Source: Enoplolaimus lenunculus (Eukaryota). Taken from it: a stretch of DNA of 64,000 nucleotides. Of this stretch, positions 39,201 to 51,200 are shown piece by piece. The notes under the pieces were generated by a model. The model was not told the origin of the DNA, searched no databases, and saw only the letters and a list, made by a program, of their open reading frames with translations. Each line of letters opens with the position of its first letter. Position 1 is the stretch's first letter. Where the stretch lies: the NCBI GenBank assembly GCA_030248215.1, contig JASANG010000424.1, forward strand, positions 372,001 to 436,000. The letters run 5' to 3'. A program made the position numbers and the translations under genes.

Positions 39201-42200
39201 CGTAGAACTTTAATTCATACCCTTAGGGGGGTGGAACTTTAATGCATACCCTTAGCCGTAGAACTTTAATTCATACCCTTAGGGATAGAACTTTAATTCA
39301 TACCCTTAGGGGGGTGGAACTTTAATGCATACCCTTAGCCGTAGAACTTTAATTCATACCCTTAGGGATAGAACTTTAATTCATACCGTTAAGGTGGAAC
39401 TTTAATTCATACCCTTAGGGGGTGGAACTTTAATGCATACCCTTAGAGGCCTCCGTCCGGCAGTATATATAGCTCAGGAGGAATTCTATCCCGATATGGT
39501 TCAATATTACTTAAAAGGGTGCAACAGTAGTATAAGCATACTCCTAAGCATAAACCTCAAGAATAACCCTATAACTAGGCCTAAACCTACGCAACAATTT
39601 AGTCTAAAGCTTAAGCTTAATTGAGCGAAGCTCGGAGTTTCGCGAAGCGTTTTATGTTTTGTACTTGGGGGTCGAAAGGTGGATGTCCGTCTGTCCGTCT
39701 GTCCGTCTGTCCTTCCGAAAAGAATCTCAGGAACGGCTGAACCGATTTTGATAAACTTTTTTTGTTTGAAAGCCAATTATCCTGGGGTGTTAACCTCGCA
39801 TTGGAGTGTGAAAATTTTAAGCCGTTTAATAGCTACAGGCTAATTTGCATAATTAATTAAGCCTAAATTAGGACTTTCCACAATATTTCACTAATTATTA
39901 CAGTTAGAAACAGTCTAATTTTAGCATTAAAGGGTTTTTGTGTGCGAGGAATCTGCGTTGACTGTTTACAAATTTCCAAAACGGATAATCGAGCAGTTAG
40001 CTAATAAATAATTTGCATATTAGTATAGTTTATAAGCCTAAATTAGGACTTTTTACAATATTTCACTAATTATTAAGGTTAATAGCAATATAATTTCAGC
40101 ACTAAAGGGTTTTTAGGTGCGAGGAATTTGAAAAAATTGTTTACAAACCTGCAAAACCGATAACTAAATAGTTAGCTAACAGCTAATTTGCATATTAGCT
40201 TAATTGACAAAACAAAATTAGGTCTTTTTAAATTATTTTAATAATTATTAAGGTTAAAAGCAATATAATTTCAGCACTAAAGGGTTTTTAGGTGCGAGGA
40301 ATCTGAATAAATTATTTACAAACGTCTAAAACCAATATTTGAGTAGTTAGCTTGTAGATAATTTGCATATAAGCATAGTTGATAAGCCTGAATTAGGCGT
40401 TTTTACAATGTTTCACTAATTATTAGGGTTACAAGCAATCTAATTTCAACAATAATGGGTTTTCGGGTGCGAGGAATCTGAATAAGTTGTCTAAAATCCT
40501 TTAAAGGCGATTATCGAATAGTTATCTAATAGATAATTTGCATATTTGCTTAATTGACGAGACAAAATTAGGACTTTATAAATTTTTCCAATAATTATTA
40601 GGGTGGCTGAAGGGTTTTTGCGCGCGAGGAATCTGAGGAAATTGCTTAAAACCCTCCAAAACCGATAAATGAATAGTTAGCTAATAACAAATTTGCATAT
40701 TACCTTAATTGCTTACATGTGTTCGAGCTTCGCTCAATAAATGTAGTCCCACTACGACTGGTTTGTTATACTCCTGCGAAAAATGCTTCACGTTTTTAAA
40801 TGACAATTGCCCTGATATGCATAATATATTTCAAATTGATTTTGACTCAATTCCTAAGACCGCAAAATCCTTATTTTAAACTACATAACAAGTGGCTTTA
40901 TCGTAATTTTAGAAATATTTTCAAATTTAGCAGATTTTAATTTGAATATTTCAGCACTCTACGATATGCAAATCGAGCCAAAAATATTAAAAATAAGCCG
41001 GTAATCAATGAAGATCCAAAAGACGCACTCCTGCGACAGTATCAGGAGGAAATCGAACGGTTGCGAGCGATGGTGGCCGCTGGTGGAGCTGATAAACAAC
41101 CAGGTCTGAGAAGTTTTACAGGAGCCTATCATATGATGCTATAAAAAATATTACAGGAGTTCAGCAGTAGTGCAAAATATTTATTAATTGATACAGGAGG
41201 ACATTACAGGAGTTAAAACTGCACTTACGCGCCGTTCTGGATAGAAGGTGGATCTGATAAATATTTGTTACGTTTCAGGTCATGAACCAACCGTCGATAG
41301 GGAAGCAATCGAAGCCGAAAAACGAAAAATAAAAGAGGTAAAAACTTTATTTGGAACAAATTTTAAAGGTTCGAACCAAATAGTTTCAAATATCAAGGCC
41401 GTCATCGGCAGTCCTCCAGGCTGTTCGGCCATAGCTGGAATGTGTTTTCCCAATATCTGCTATTAATTATTGCGTATTGCTAAAATCCTCGAGTTTTGGT
41501 CTCGGTTCTAAACCACCGAGTCTCAAAAAACGAGACCGCGTCCGAGACCTGCGAAATACCGTGACTTGCCTAGACCGAGTCTTAGACTCCCATCTCTGTA
41601 ACGGACAGACGGCCTTCTGAGAAAAAGGACCTCTACACAGGCCCGGACCACGTTTTCAAGAAACGACGGCGGCTCTGCAGCGCCTGTTCCAAGAATATAT
41701 TTCCCATTGTACAGGTATGATTTTCTGATGCGTTTATTTTTACAAAAGCTTTTTCATGCTTACAGGAGTACGAATCTCAAATGCGACAGTTGAAGAAACA
41801 GTATCAAGACGAACAACAGAGCAAAGAGCGACTTCAAGCGGATTTGTCAAAGTTGAAAAATTCGTACGAGCATGCAATGAAACGGGTACAACGTAAACAC
41901 AGCGATACAGGTGGTGGCAAATCTCGAAGAGGGTCAGATGCAACTATTAATGGTCATGTAAATGGTAATTTAATTTTTAGCAACACTGAACTTTGTTTCA
42001 AGGACGTAAACCAGAGGGGGCAGACAATTTCTGAGTTTTGGGGAAGATTTTGACAGTGCTCCGGTAGACGCCGCGACCCCTTGAAAATGATAAATGGCGG
42101 TAAAAAAAGTACAAGCGGCATTACAACAAAAAACAATTGTTACTTTAGCGGACATTTATGATCGACCATAACTCATTCATTTTATACGGCACAACGAAAT

Positions 42201-45200
42201 GAAATATATTTTCGTAAATGTCATTTCAAGGCCTACAACCTGCTAATACGGTCGACATCAATGGCGGATTGAGAAATTTCTGAGGTAGAGGCCGTGAGAC
42301 ACGCCACGGTTTAAAGCGACATGCCAAACGCAATTTTAGTACACAAATTAGTATGCAAAGTTAATGTATATACTTACGATTTTCAAGCATAACCAAAAAA
42401 CGCCAAATAATGGCCATTGTCATTACAAGGAACTTATAGTTTTGCTTTATATTAAGGAGGTATTGTATGTCGACAATTTCAATTGAACCAAGGTTAGTAT
42501 GCTTGAGCGGTTAATTTGTAGTATTTTAAATTTAGTCAGCGGCTTAAGTATTTACTTAACTTAAGAACGCTTTTAAAAACGGCAAAATAGTTAAGCAATT
42601 AGTTAGCCCGTACTTAAGCATGGTTTCGAAAACCCAGGCACTAACTCATTAACAAATATAATAAAGGTAATATGATATATTAATTAATTTTATTTCCCTA
42701 GAAATTTTACACTATTTTTAATTTAAGTATTAAAAGTTTTAGTAATATTGGAATCGCTTGTTAATTGTAATTTAAACTAAAAAAATTGAAACAACTGTGG
42801 ACATAGAAACTCAAGTTAAAATCAGAAGAAAATACATTACTGCGGGGGTAACGAACTGAAAAAAATGAAAATATGGCTGATTTTAGATTGGAGCAATTGA
42901 ACATTAACTGTGTATTTTCATTTAAATGTACGCCGTAACTTTCGATGAGTTGATTAATCAGTTCAGAGAGCTAGTTAGTCATTTCTGGTTATTTCTGAGT
43001 AAATAACACGAAACATCAACTCGTTCTCAGTCGATTTAATTCCGGCTGATTGGATAAATTAACTCAGAATGAATTCAATCAATCAAGATTTCTGATTTGT
43101 GAAAGATTTAATTCAGAGCTCACGCGTCTGAATGGTTTCAACTCATTCTGACTTAAAATCAACTCACTGAAATTTACAGCGATAAGTAAAGTTGTCAAAT
43201 TAAGACGTAAACTAATAATTACATTTGCATTGAAATTCACGTTGAAACTGGAGGTTGGGTTTGGTGGTTTGGCTTGGAACGCATTATTACGACTCGACTA
43301 CGAGGAGCGACGGTTTGTTTGAGAACCATATTAGCAGTTGTCTTGGCACAAGGTTCGTTTCAAGACTGGAACCGTCATCTTAAAGGGCAAACGCCTGTCT
43401 TTTGACGGAACACGTTTTGGAAGACAGTGTGATTTCCTGTTGTGCACATCTGCAGTACATCGTACAGTGAATGACTGCAGCAATTAATATTCCACAGGAA
43501 TCGCTTGTGTTCCATAACGCGTTTTCGCAATTATCGTCATCGTGCCACGCGACATTTTGCCTACATAGACTGTGCTACAAAATTAATAAGATTTCTGCAA
43601 TTGCGACAATACCCGCGGAATAGTATTGGCTGATCGAGAATCGCTCCAAGACACATTTTGCCTATATTTGTACTGTAAATAATCAAGGTACTTGGTACTG
43701 GAAGAATGTCGAGCATGAATACTATTGGCTATTTGAACATTATAAATTGTGTCACCAGGCCCGTATCCAGTTCACCTTGCCAGGGGGGTAAAAAATTTTC
43801 AGGAGGGGCGTTCAAAAGTTTTGATGACTTGCAAACAGCGTTGAAAATTTTCTAGGGGGCCAAAATTTTTCCAATGGGAAGCTGAGACCCCCCGCCTTGC
43901 TTTTTGGCCTGTGTGTTACGCGACAGTTTGCGATTGGTTGGTTATATAACAATATCAGCACTCAAAGATCTTACATATGTTTGAGTGTGAGCATCTCGCA
44001 TTACTATTGGAAGACTGAATATTGAAAGTCGTGTCACGCGGCATTTTGCCTATCTTTACAACGGTAGCTGAAACCCCGAAAATTGTTCACAAAAAGGTTA
44101 TGTGGTCACACGCCAACGAGAATTTAGTCTTTGAATAACGTAAACCGTGTCGCGCGACATTTTGCCGATATCTAAGGCAGAGCAAACGACAGAAGCTGTC
44201 GTGCATCAATTGCAGATCACCGCACATTGCCATTGGCTAACTGAACAGTAACCCATCGTCTCAGGCGACATTTTGCCTATTTAACTACACGAGATAGTAC
44301 TCAACTGCAGTTTTTATTTAACCGTGTCACGAGACATTTTGCACATTCTGCTGTGGTGCTTTGTATTAACTCCGCCCGGTTGAAATTGTTATTAACACCT
44401 GGTTTTCAATGTTACGATATCTTAGCTAATATACAAAAAACAGCTTTTAAGAAATTGGCTCGGTGTTAAGCATATTTGACGTCTACATCTATATTATTAA
44501 AGCTGGAACGCCGAACGTACGTATTTTGGGTATCGTTTCAGCATAGAACAGTTAATTTAGCTTGAATCTGCTAGTTATGCTTTGAGATATTACCGTTAGA
44601 AATCTTTCAACCACCTTGAATAGTATTCAGTCAACTGTTATGGAACTGCCAGCAAGATCATATTAAAACAGCATTCATGAACAATTGCGGGGATAAATTA
44701 AGCAAAAATTTATGCGTTATTTATTGATTTATCGGTCTGTTTCAGGTGATATTTCGCATTCTGACCGCACTGTGCCTGCAGCGCCTTCAAGTTCACCAAC
44801 TGAAGGCAGCGATGGACTCAATCCCGATGTTGCGCTCAAAAAGTAAGTTAGGATAAATTAGCAAAATTATCAAACAACATGAACTGGAGTCGATATTCTC
44901 AAATGTGTGTAGCACCAATCGTTTCGTCACATATTGACTGTTTCAAAATTGAACAATTCGGCAGTTTTCGACGCTTGGGTTGCATTTTAAAACTGGTTTG
45001 CGGTTTGCTGTAATTACAAATTTGTTTAAATTTTTTAGCAATAAACTTACAATTGTTCGAATACGACTTAAAACTAGGGCCCGTGCTCTCTAATGTGTTT
45101 GGTAACTATCATCAGTTAGTAATAGGTTTTCAAACTCACTAACTATAGCAGTTGTTGAACTCAAAACTGGTACAGAAAAAGACCAAATCATATGCGAAAA

Positions 45201-48200
45201 TGTCCTGAATTTTGAGCCTTAGCACACACTGGTTTGAAAGTTACATGACCAATCGCCAGTTGGTGATAGGTGCTACACACATTTCACAACATGAGCCTAG
45301 AATGTAGGTGATCTTTAAACAATTGCTTCAAGTTCGATTTAGCGTTGCGTAATAAATAACTGACTTAGGTAATTTATAGAAATATATTCGTTTCCATAAA
45401 CAGTTTATGAAAAATGTAAGTTTAACACACCGTTGCAAATTTCAGTGACTTGATGTTAAACTCAGAATGAGTTGAATCCGCTCAGAGGTCTGAGTTCTGA
45501 ATTAAGTCTTTCAGAACTCAGAATTCTGAATTGATTGAACTCATTCTGAGTTGATTAATCAACCAACCCAGAATTAAATCTGCTCACACTGCAAAAAAAT
45601 GGTGAGTCAAATGGACTCTGTCGGAAATAGGCTATTCCTGGTTACACAAACTGAGTCAAAATTCGACTCCACCAGCGTCAAATTGAGTTGAATTTGGCTC
45701 AGGTGGAGTCGAATTTTGACTCACTTTGTGAAGTCAGGAGAAGCCTATTTCGGAGAGAGTCAATTTGACTCACCATTTTTTGCAGTGCAGAATGATTTAA
45801 TGTTTACTGTTATCAACGCAGAAATAGCAACAAATAACGAATTATTGTTCTGGGTTGATTAATAAACTCATTGGAATTCACTGTGTAGTATTTTGTTACA
45901 TTTTATAAGTTGAATTTTGACATTTTTTTATTCTATTTCAGACTTGAAATGCTTCAAAAACAAATGATCGGCGGTGAACAAAAGAACAACATTGATTTAG
46001 TTGAACGACGGCGTCGGCAAATGCGCGAAGTTGAAAAACGGCGAGACCGCATGACTCGTACGTGTACACTGTAAATTTCAATGAGTTGATTTTAACTCAG
46101 AATGAGTTCAATCACTCAGTCTGAGTCAGGACTATCAGAACTCAGAATTTTGAGTTGATTCCATTCATTCTAAGCAGTGGCGGATCCAGGATCTCAAAAT
46201 GGGGGGCCAAATTTTCACAGGTAATTAACTTATTTTTGATCCACAAACAAAGAACGAACTGTTGCCATAAAATTGACTTCTTTACGTTCGTTCTATTGAG
46301 ATGAATCACAAATAAAACTAACACATCAACACAATTTAGATCTGAAGAACAGGGTGGCAACATAAGTTCAGATTTGGTTTCAAACAGGCACAAATTTAAA
46401 GGCTCAGATTCGGAAGCCAATCAGTTTTGAAGAAGCAAAATCCAGTCAGCTTCAGCAACATCTGTTTCTGTTTATGAATAAGTTAGAACTGCCTGCTATT
46501 TTCGGAACAGCGTCGAACAGCAATTGACACTCTATATAATTTATGTTGAGATGCTGTTGGGAGGGCCACGGCCGGGGTGCCACCACATGGATCCGCCATT
46601 TATTCTGAGTTACTTAATCAACTCGCCCAGAGTCAACTCCGCTCAGAGTGAGAATCAACTCAACTGAGAGTGAGTTAATGTTTACTGATATTAATTCAGA
46701 AATAACTAACTCGCTAGCTGAATTGATTAATCAATTCATTGGAATTTACAGTGTAGCGAATTTGAAGAGCTTATAAGCGGCCCATAGCTAAAGTGGGGTC
46801 AGAGTACCGCTCAGTTCCCCTAGAAAACTTGTGGCCCTTGTGGAAATGTGTCATGCCCCCTCGTTGTTTACCCCCCCACCATCTTAACGTGCGCTGGCTA
46901 ACAGCCTAGTTTAAAATTCTTCTAAGTTTTATTACTCGCTTTCAAGCACTAGAAGAACTAAAAGTGTTGCGGTGGGACATACGTCCTCCGTCCGAAGTTT
47001 TTTTATAAAATGATAAAGTACCTACGTTACAATTTTCCCCCTACAGTGTAAGTTCCGATGAGTTGATTTAATCAACTCAGGGAGAGAATTTATTTATTTC
47101 AGAGGTAATAACAGTAAACATACATTCACTCTGCAACTGATTTATTTCAGGGTTAGTTAATTAATTAACTTAGAATGAGTTCAATAAATTCAGAATTCTG
47201 AGTTCTGAAAGACCTAATTCAGAGCTCAGACCTCTGAGTGGATTCAACTATTTGTGAGTTAAAATCAACTCACTGAAATTTACAGTACCGCAAATTGGCA
47301 AATATATTGCACACTTAAAATTGCTTTCATAACTTTTGCCAGCCCACCCCCCCGTCACAAACTCTTGAATCCGCTGTACGCTGTAAGAAGCTGTCGATGC
47401 GATTTGTTGCTGTCAAAATTTTGTGAAAGGATTTTCAAACGAAAATTACATAGTGCAAGTTACAGCTTAGAGTCACTTCTTGCAATACCTCAAAGTGTGA
47501 CCAGGGTCTTACTGCTAGCTTAATATGAATGTTTCCTAAATTCACATGATTCAGTTCCTTTTATTTTACTTTATAAAAAACTTTTATTCCTGTAGTTTGC
47601 AAAAACAGTATTAAATCTACAGAATATACCATCCCGAACCTGGATTGCTCTTGTTTTCAATCAAAGTACAATACGACGTACGCGTGCAAAACAGCATTTT
47701 ATTAATATTTCAGAGGCGCTACGCGAATTAATTATTGAAGACGATCCGCTAGAAGAAGCTTACGCGAACGTAGAAGAAAAACTCAAAGCTGTTACGAAAT
47801 CATATACCGAAGAACGAACCAAGGTATGCTACATAATTTGTATTTTTTTGAATACCATTTATTTAAAAAATAAGTTTGAACAATTTAATTTCAGTCGAAA
47901 ATATTTTTTGCGTAAGTTTATATATATATATTTATTCATTTATTTATATAGATATATATACATATACTGTAAATTTCAGTGAGTTGATTTTAACTCAGAA
48001 TGAGTTGAATCACTCAGTCTGAGTTAGGACTTTCAGAACTCAGAAATTTGAGTTGATTCAATTCATTATGAGTTAATTAATCAACTCACCCAGCGTCAAC
48101 TCAACTCAGAGTGAGAAACAACTCAACTGAGAGTAAGTTAATGTATACTGATATTAATTCGGAAATAACCAACTCGCTAGCTGAATTGATTAATCAACTC

Positions 48201-51200
48201 ATTGGAATTTGCAGTGTATATTTAACTCCACTTCGGGTTAATGTAACAACTCCTTCAGTACTTGCATTTAATCCGTCAGTTAAATGAGTCCAACTAATAC
48301 TTATTCGCCAACTTCTCCAGCATCCACAAAAAGCATCAAATACTCTGGTACATCAAACTCTGTGAGCCAGCAATCTAGTGCGTATATCATCTCTCCACCC
48401 CACATACCATACATTCCTTGACTCTCTTGCTAAAATGTCAAAAATCATACGCCGACACAAATCAAACTCTTTCCAGACAAAACTCCTTGCAAATGTGTAT
48501 TAACCTCCGGATATTACAATGTATATTTCTTTAAATATACAATAGATATATTTTTGTGAAAGTTGTTACTTGAAAATGTTTCTAATGGCAGCGTAGAGTT
48601 TATTTATCAAACTTTTATTGTTCAAATATTTTGTTATTTTAGGTAAAAGCGTTGGAAACTGAAGTTCACGATTTGCAAAAAGAATTCGAAGCTGATAGAA
48701 TTGACTATTTAGATACAATTAGAAAGCAAGATCAGCATATTAAGCTGTTACAGGTAAGCGCGCACTTGTAAATTTCAATGAGTTGATTTCAACTCAGAAT
48801 GAGTTGTATAGCTCAGTTTGAGTTAGGACTATCAGAACTCAGAATTGTGATTCAATTCAACTCGTTATAAGTTAATTAATCAACTCGACCAAAATTAACT
48901 CAACTAAAAGTGAGAATCAATTCAACTCAGATTGAGTTAATGTTTACAAATATTAATTGAAAAATAACTAACGCGCTAGTTGAGTTGATTAGTTAACTCA
49001 TTGGAATTTACAGTGCGAAACGATTGTTTTCATACGGTTAACGAGATGAAATCTTCAACTATAATCCGTATCTTTTGATAGGCAGTACAACCCTGTTACT
49101 GTATTTTCAACAGCGCAATTGCTCGTTTTTTGTTATCAGTTCAGATCCTGTAGGGACCTCTCACCCCCCTCAAGGCTTACAAATAGCGGCGGCTCTCGAG
49201 CAAAGCGAGTTGAAACTTAAACACACGTATGCAAAATTTTGGTTTTAAACCACTGTTAAGGAGCCGGCCAGTGCCTTAAGAAGCTGGTTATCCCAAGTTT
49301 ATTTTGTTGATTTTTTTAGCAAATAATCGATAAAATCCAGCCAATCATAAGTCGAAGTTCAAATTATTCTAATTTCTTGATTTTTTAGCAAATAATCGAT
49401 AAAATCCGGCCAATCATAAGTCGCAGTTCAAATTATTCCTTGATTTTTTAGCAAATAATCGATAAAATCCAGCCAATCATAAGTCGAAGTTCAAATTATT
49501 CTAATTTCTTGATTTTTAGCAAATAATCGATAAAATCCAGCCAATCATAAGTCGAAGTTCAAATTATTCAAATATTGAACGAGTCAAAAAAGACGCTGTT
49601 TGGGACGAAAACGCATTTCGATGGTATTTGCCAGAAATGACCAATGAAAAAACACATTATCCCAGTCACGGAAGCAGTGGTAATAATAATGCGAACCAAT
49701 GTATGGAATTAACAGTAGTATAACCATATTTCAAAGCCTAAGTCTAAGACTCAGCGTAAGAATGCGGTTAAACCTAAGCCTAAACCTTAAACACAAAAAT
49801 TAGCATAAAGCTTAAGCTTACTCTGTTGCAGTTTCGCAGAAAAACATTCCGACTCTGATCTTTACATCAGCCAAAATTACTATGATACCATGGCCGTATT
49901 CAAAGAAGATTTGCCGAAAATTATTTACAGCCATTATGAACAACCTGCTACATTATAGATTTTAAAAGCTCTTGCCACATGCTACGCTGGGTCGCAAAAT
50001 TTTTTAATTTCTACGGTCCTTGCCGTTCAATTCAGGCTCTGTAGTTACCAGGTATATGTATGAAGGTAACAGAACACGTCCCGGGTATTCTTTTTATCTT
50101 CAAAATTCGTTAATTCTCACACACCGCCAAAGACACAATTTTGTCAATTTGTATAAAATATTAAATTCAACGAAAAAGGCGAACAACAAAAATGCGTCTG
50201 TCGCTTACACTGTAAATTCCAGTGAGTTGATTTTAACTCAGAATGACTTGAGTCACTCAGTATGAGTTAGGACTATCAGAACTCACAATTCTGAGTTGAT
50301 TCAACTCATTCTGATTTAATTAAGCAACTCACCCAGAGTCAACTCAACTCACAGTGAGAATCAAATCAACTCTGAGTGAGTTAAAGTTTACCGTTATAAA
50401 CTCAGAAATAACTAAGTTTCCGTCTGAGTTGATTAATTAACTCATTGGGATTTACAGTGTAGTTTTCAACTCAGAAACAACATAGTCGACCGGTATCAAG
50501 TGCATTCATTCACAAAAAAGCCGTATTCACACGTGCAAGTTTTGCAACATAATTTTCGATTATTTGTTTTAGGAATAATGCCTGGCGGTCGAGTGTCCGC
50601 ATCGACTTCGCAGCCTTCAATGCTCAGCAACGGAGTGGACGGATTTCATCATTCGTATGCCGATGACGAAGATGATAAGCTTAAAATGGTAAGGTTTTAT
50701 TCATCAATTTTTAATATATTTCGTATTTTGAGCACTTTATAGCCCACCCTGTGGCTAAGCTTTCCCCATTGTTTAACAAGCTGAGTATACCTTGTACATT
50801 CAATTTGCCCATTCAGGGGGCTGGCGCCCCACTTGATTCTACACTGTAAATTCCAGTGAGTTGATTTTAACTCGAATTGAATGACTCATTCTGAGTTTTT
50901 AACATCAGGACTCACAACTCTGAGTTGATTCAACGCATTCTGATTTAATTAATGAACTCCCCCGGACTCAACTCAACGCACATAGAAAATCAACTCTACT
51001 CAACGTGAGTTAAAGTTTACTGTTATTAACTCAGAAATAAGTAACTTTCCGTCTGAATTGATTAATTAACTCACTGGGATTTACAGTGTACGCAATTTGA
51101 AATGAGACTAAACAGTTCAGTGCACTACCGCCTGCGAGCCATTCCAAACGGGTTATCTTTTTTCTCAGGCGACAAACCAGTCCAGAAGTACTTTATCAAC

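Noticed and set aside
43541..44345. CRISPR array
   Set aside because: Eukaryotic intron, degenerate repeats, spacers mostly 80-95 nt that share a second motif, and no cas genes.
48230..48500. Possible decayed retroelement fragment on the minus strand (CxxC in one frame)
   Set aside because: All three frames have stops and no convincing domain can be read without a search.
49680..49706. Alternative donor CAAT|GTATGG extending kinesin exon 17
   Set aside because: Joining it to exon 18 creates T+GA, a stop codon; the donor at 49680 keeps the frame.
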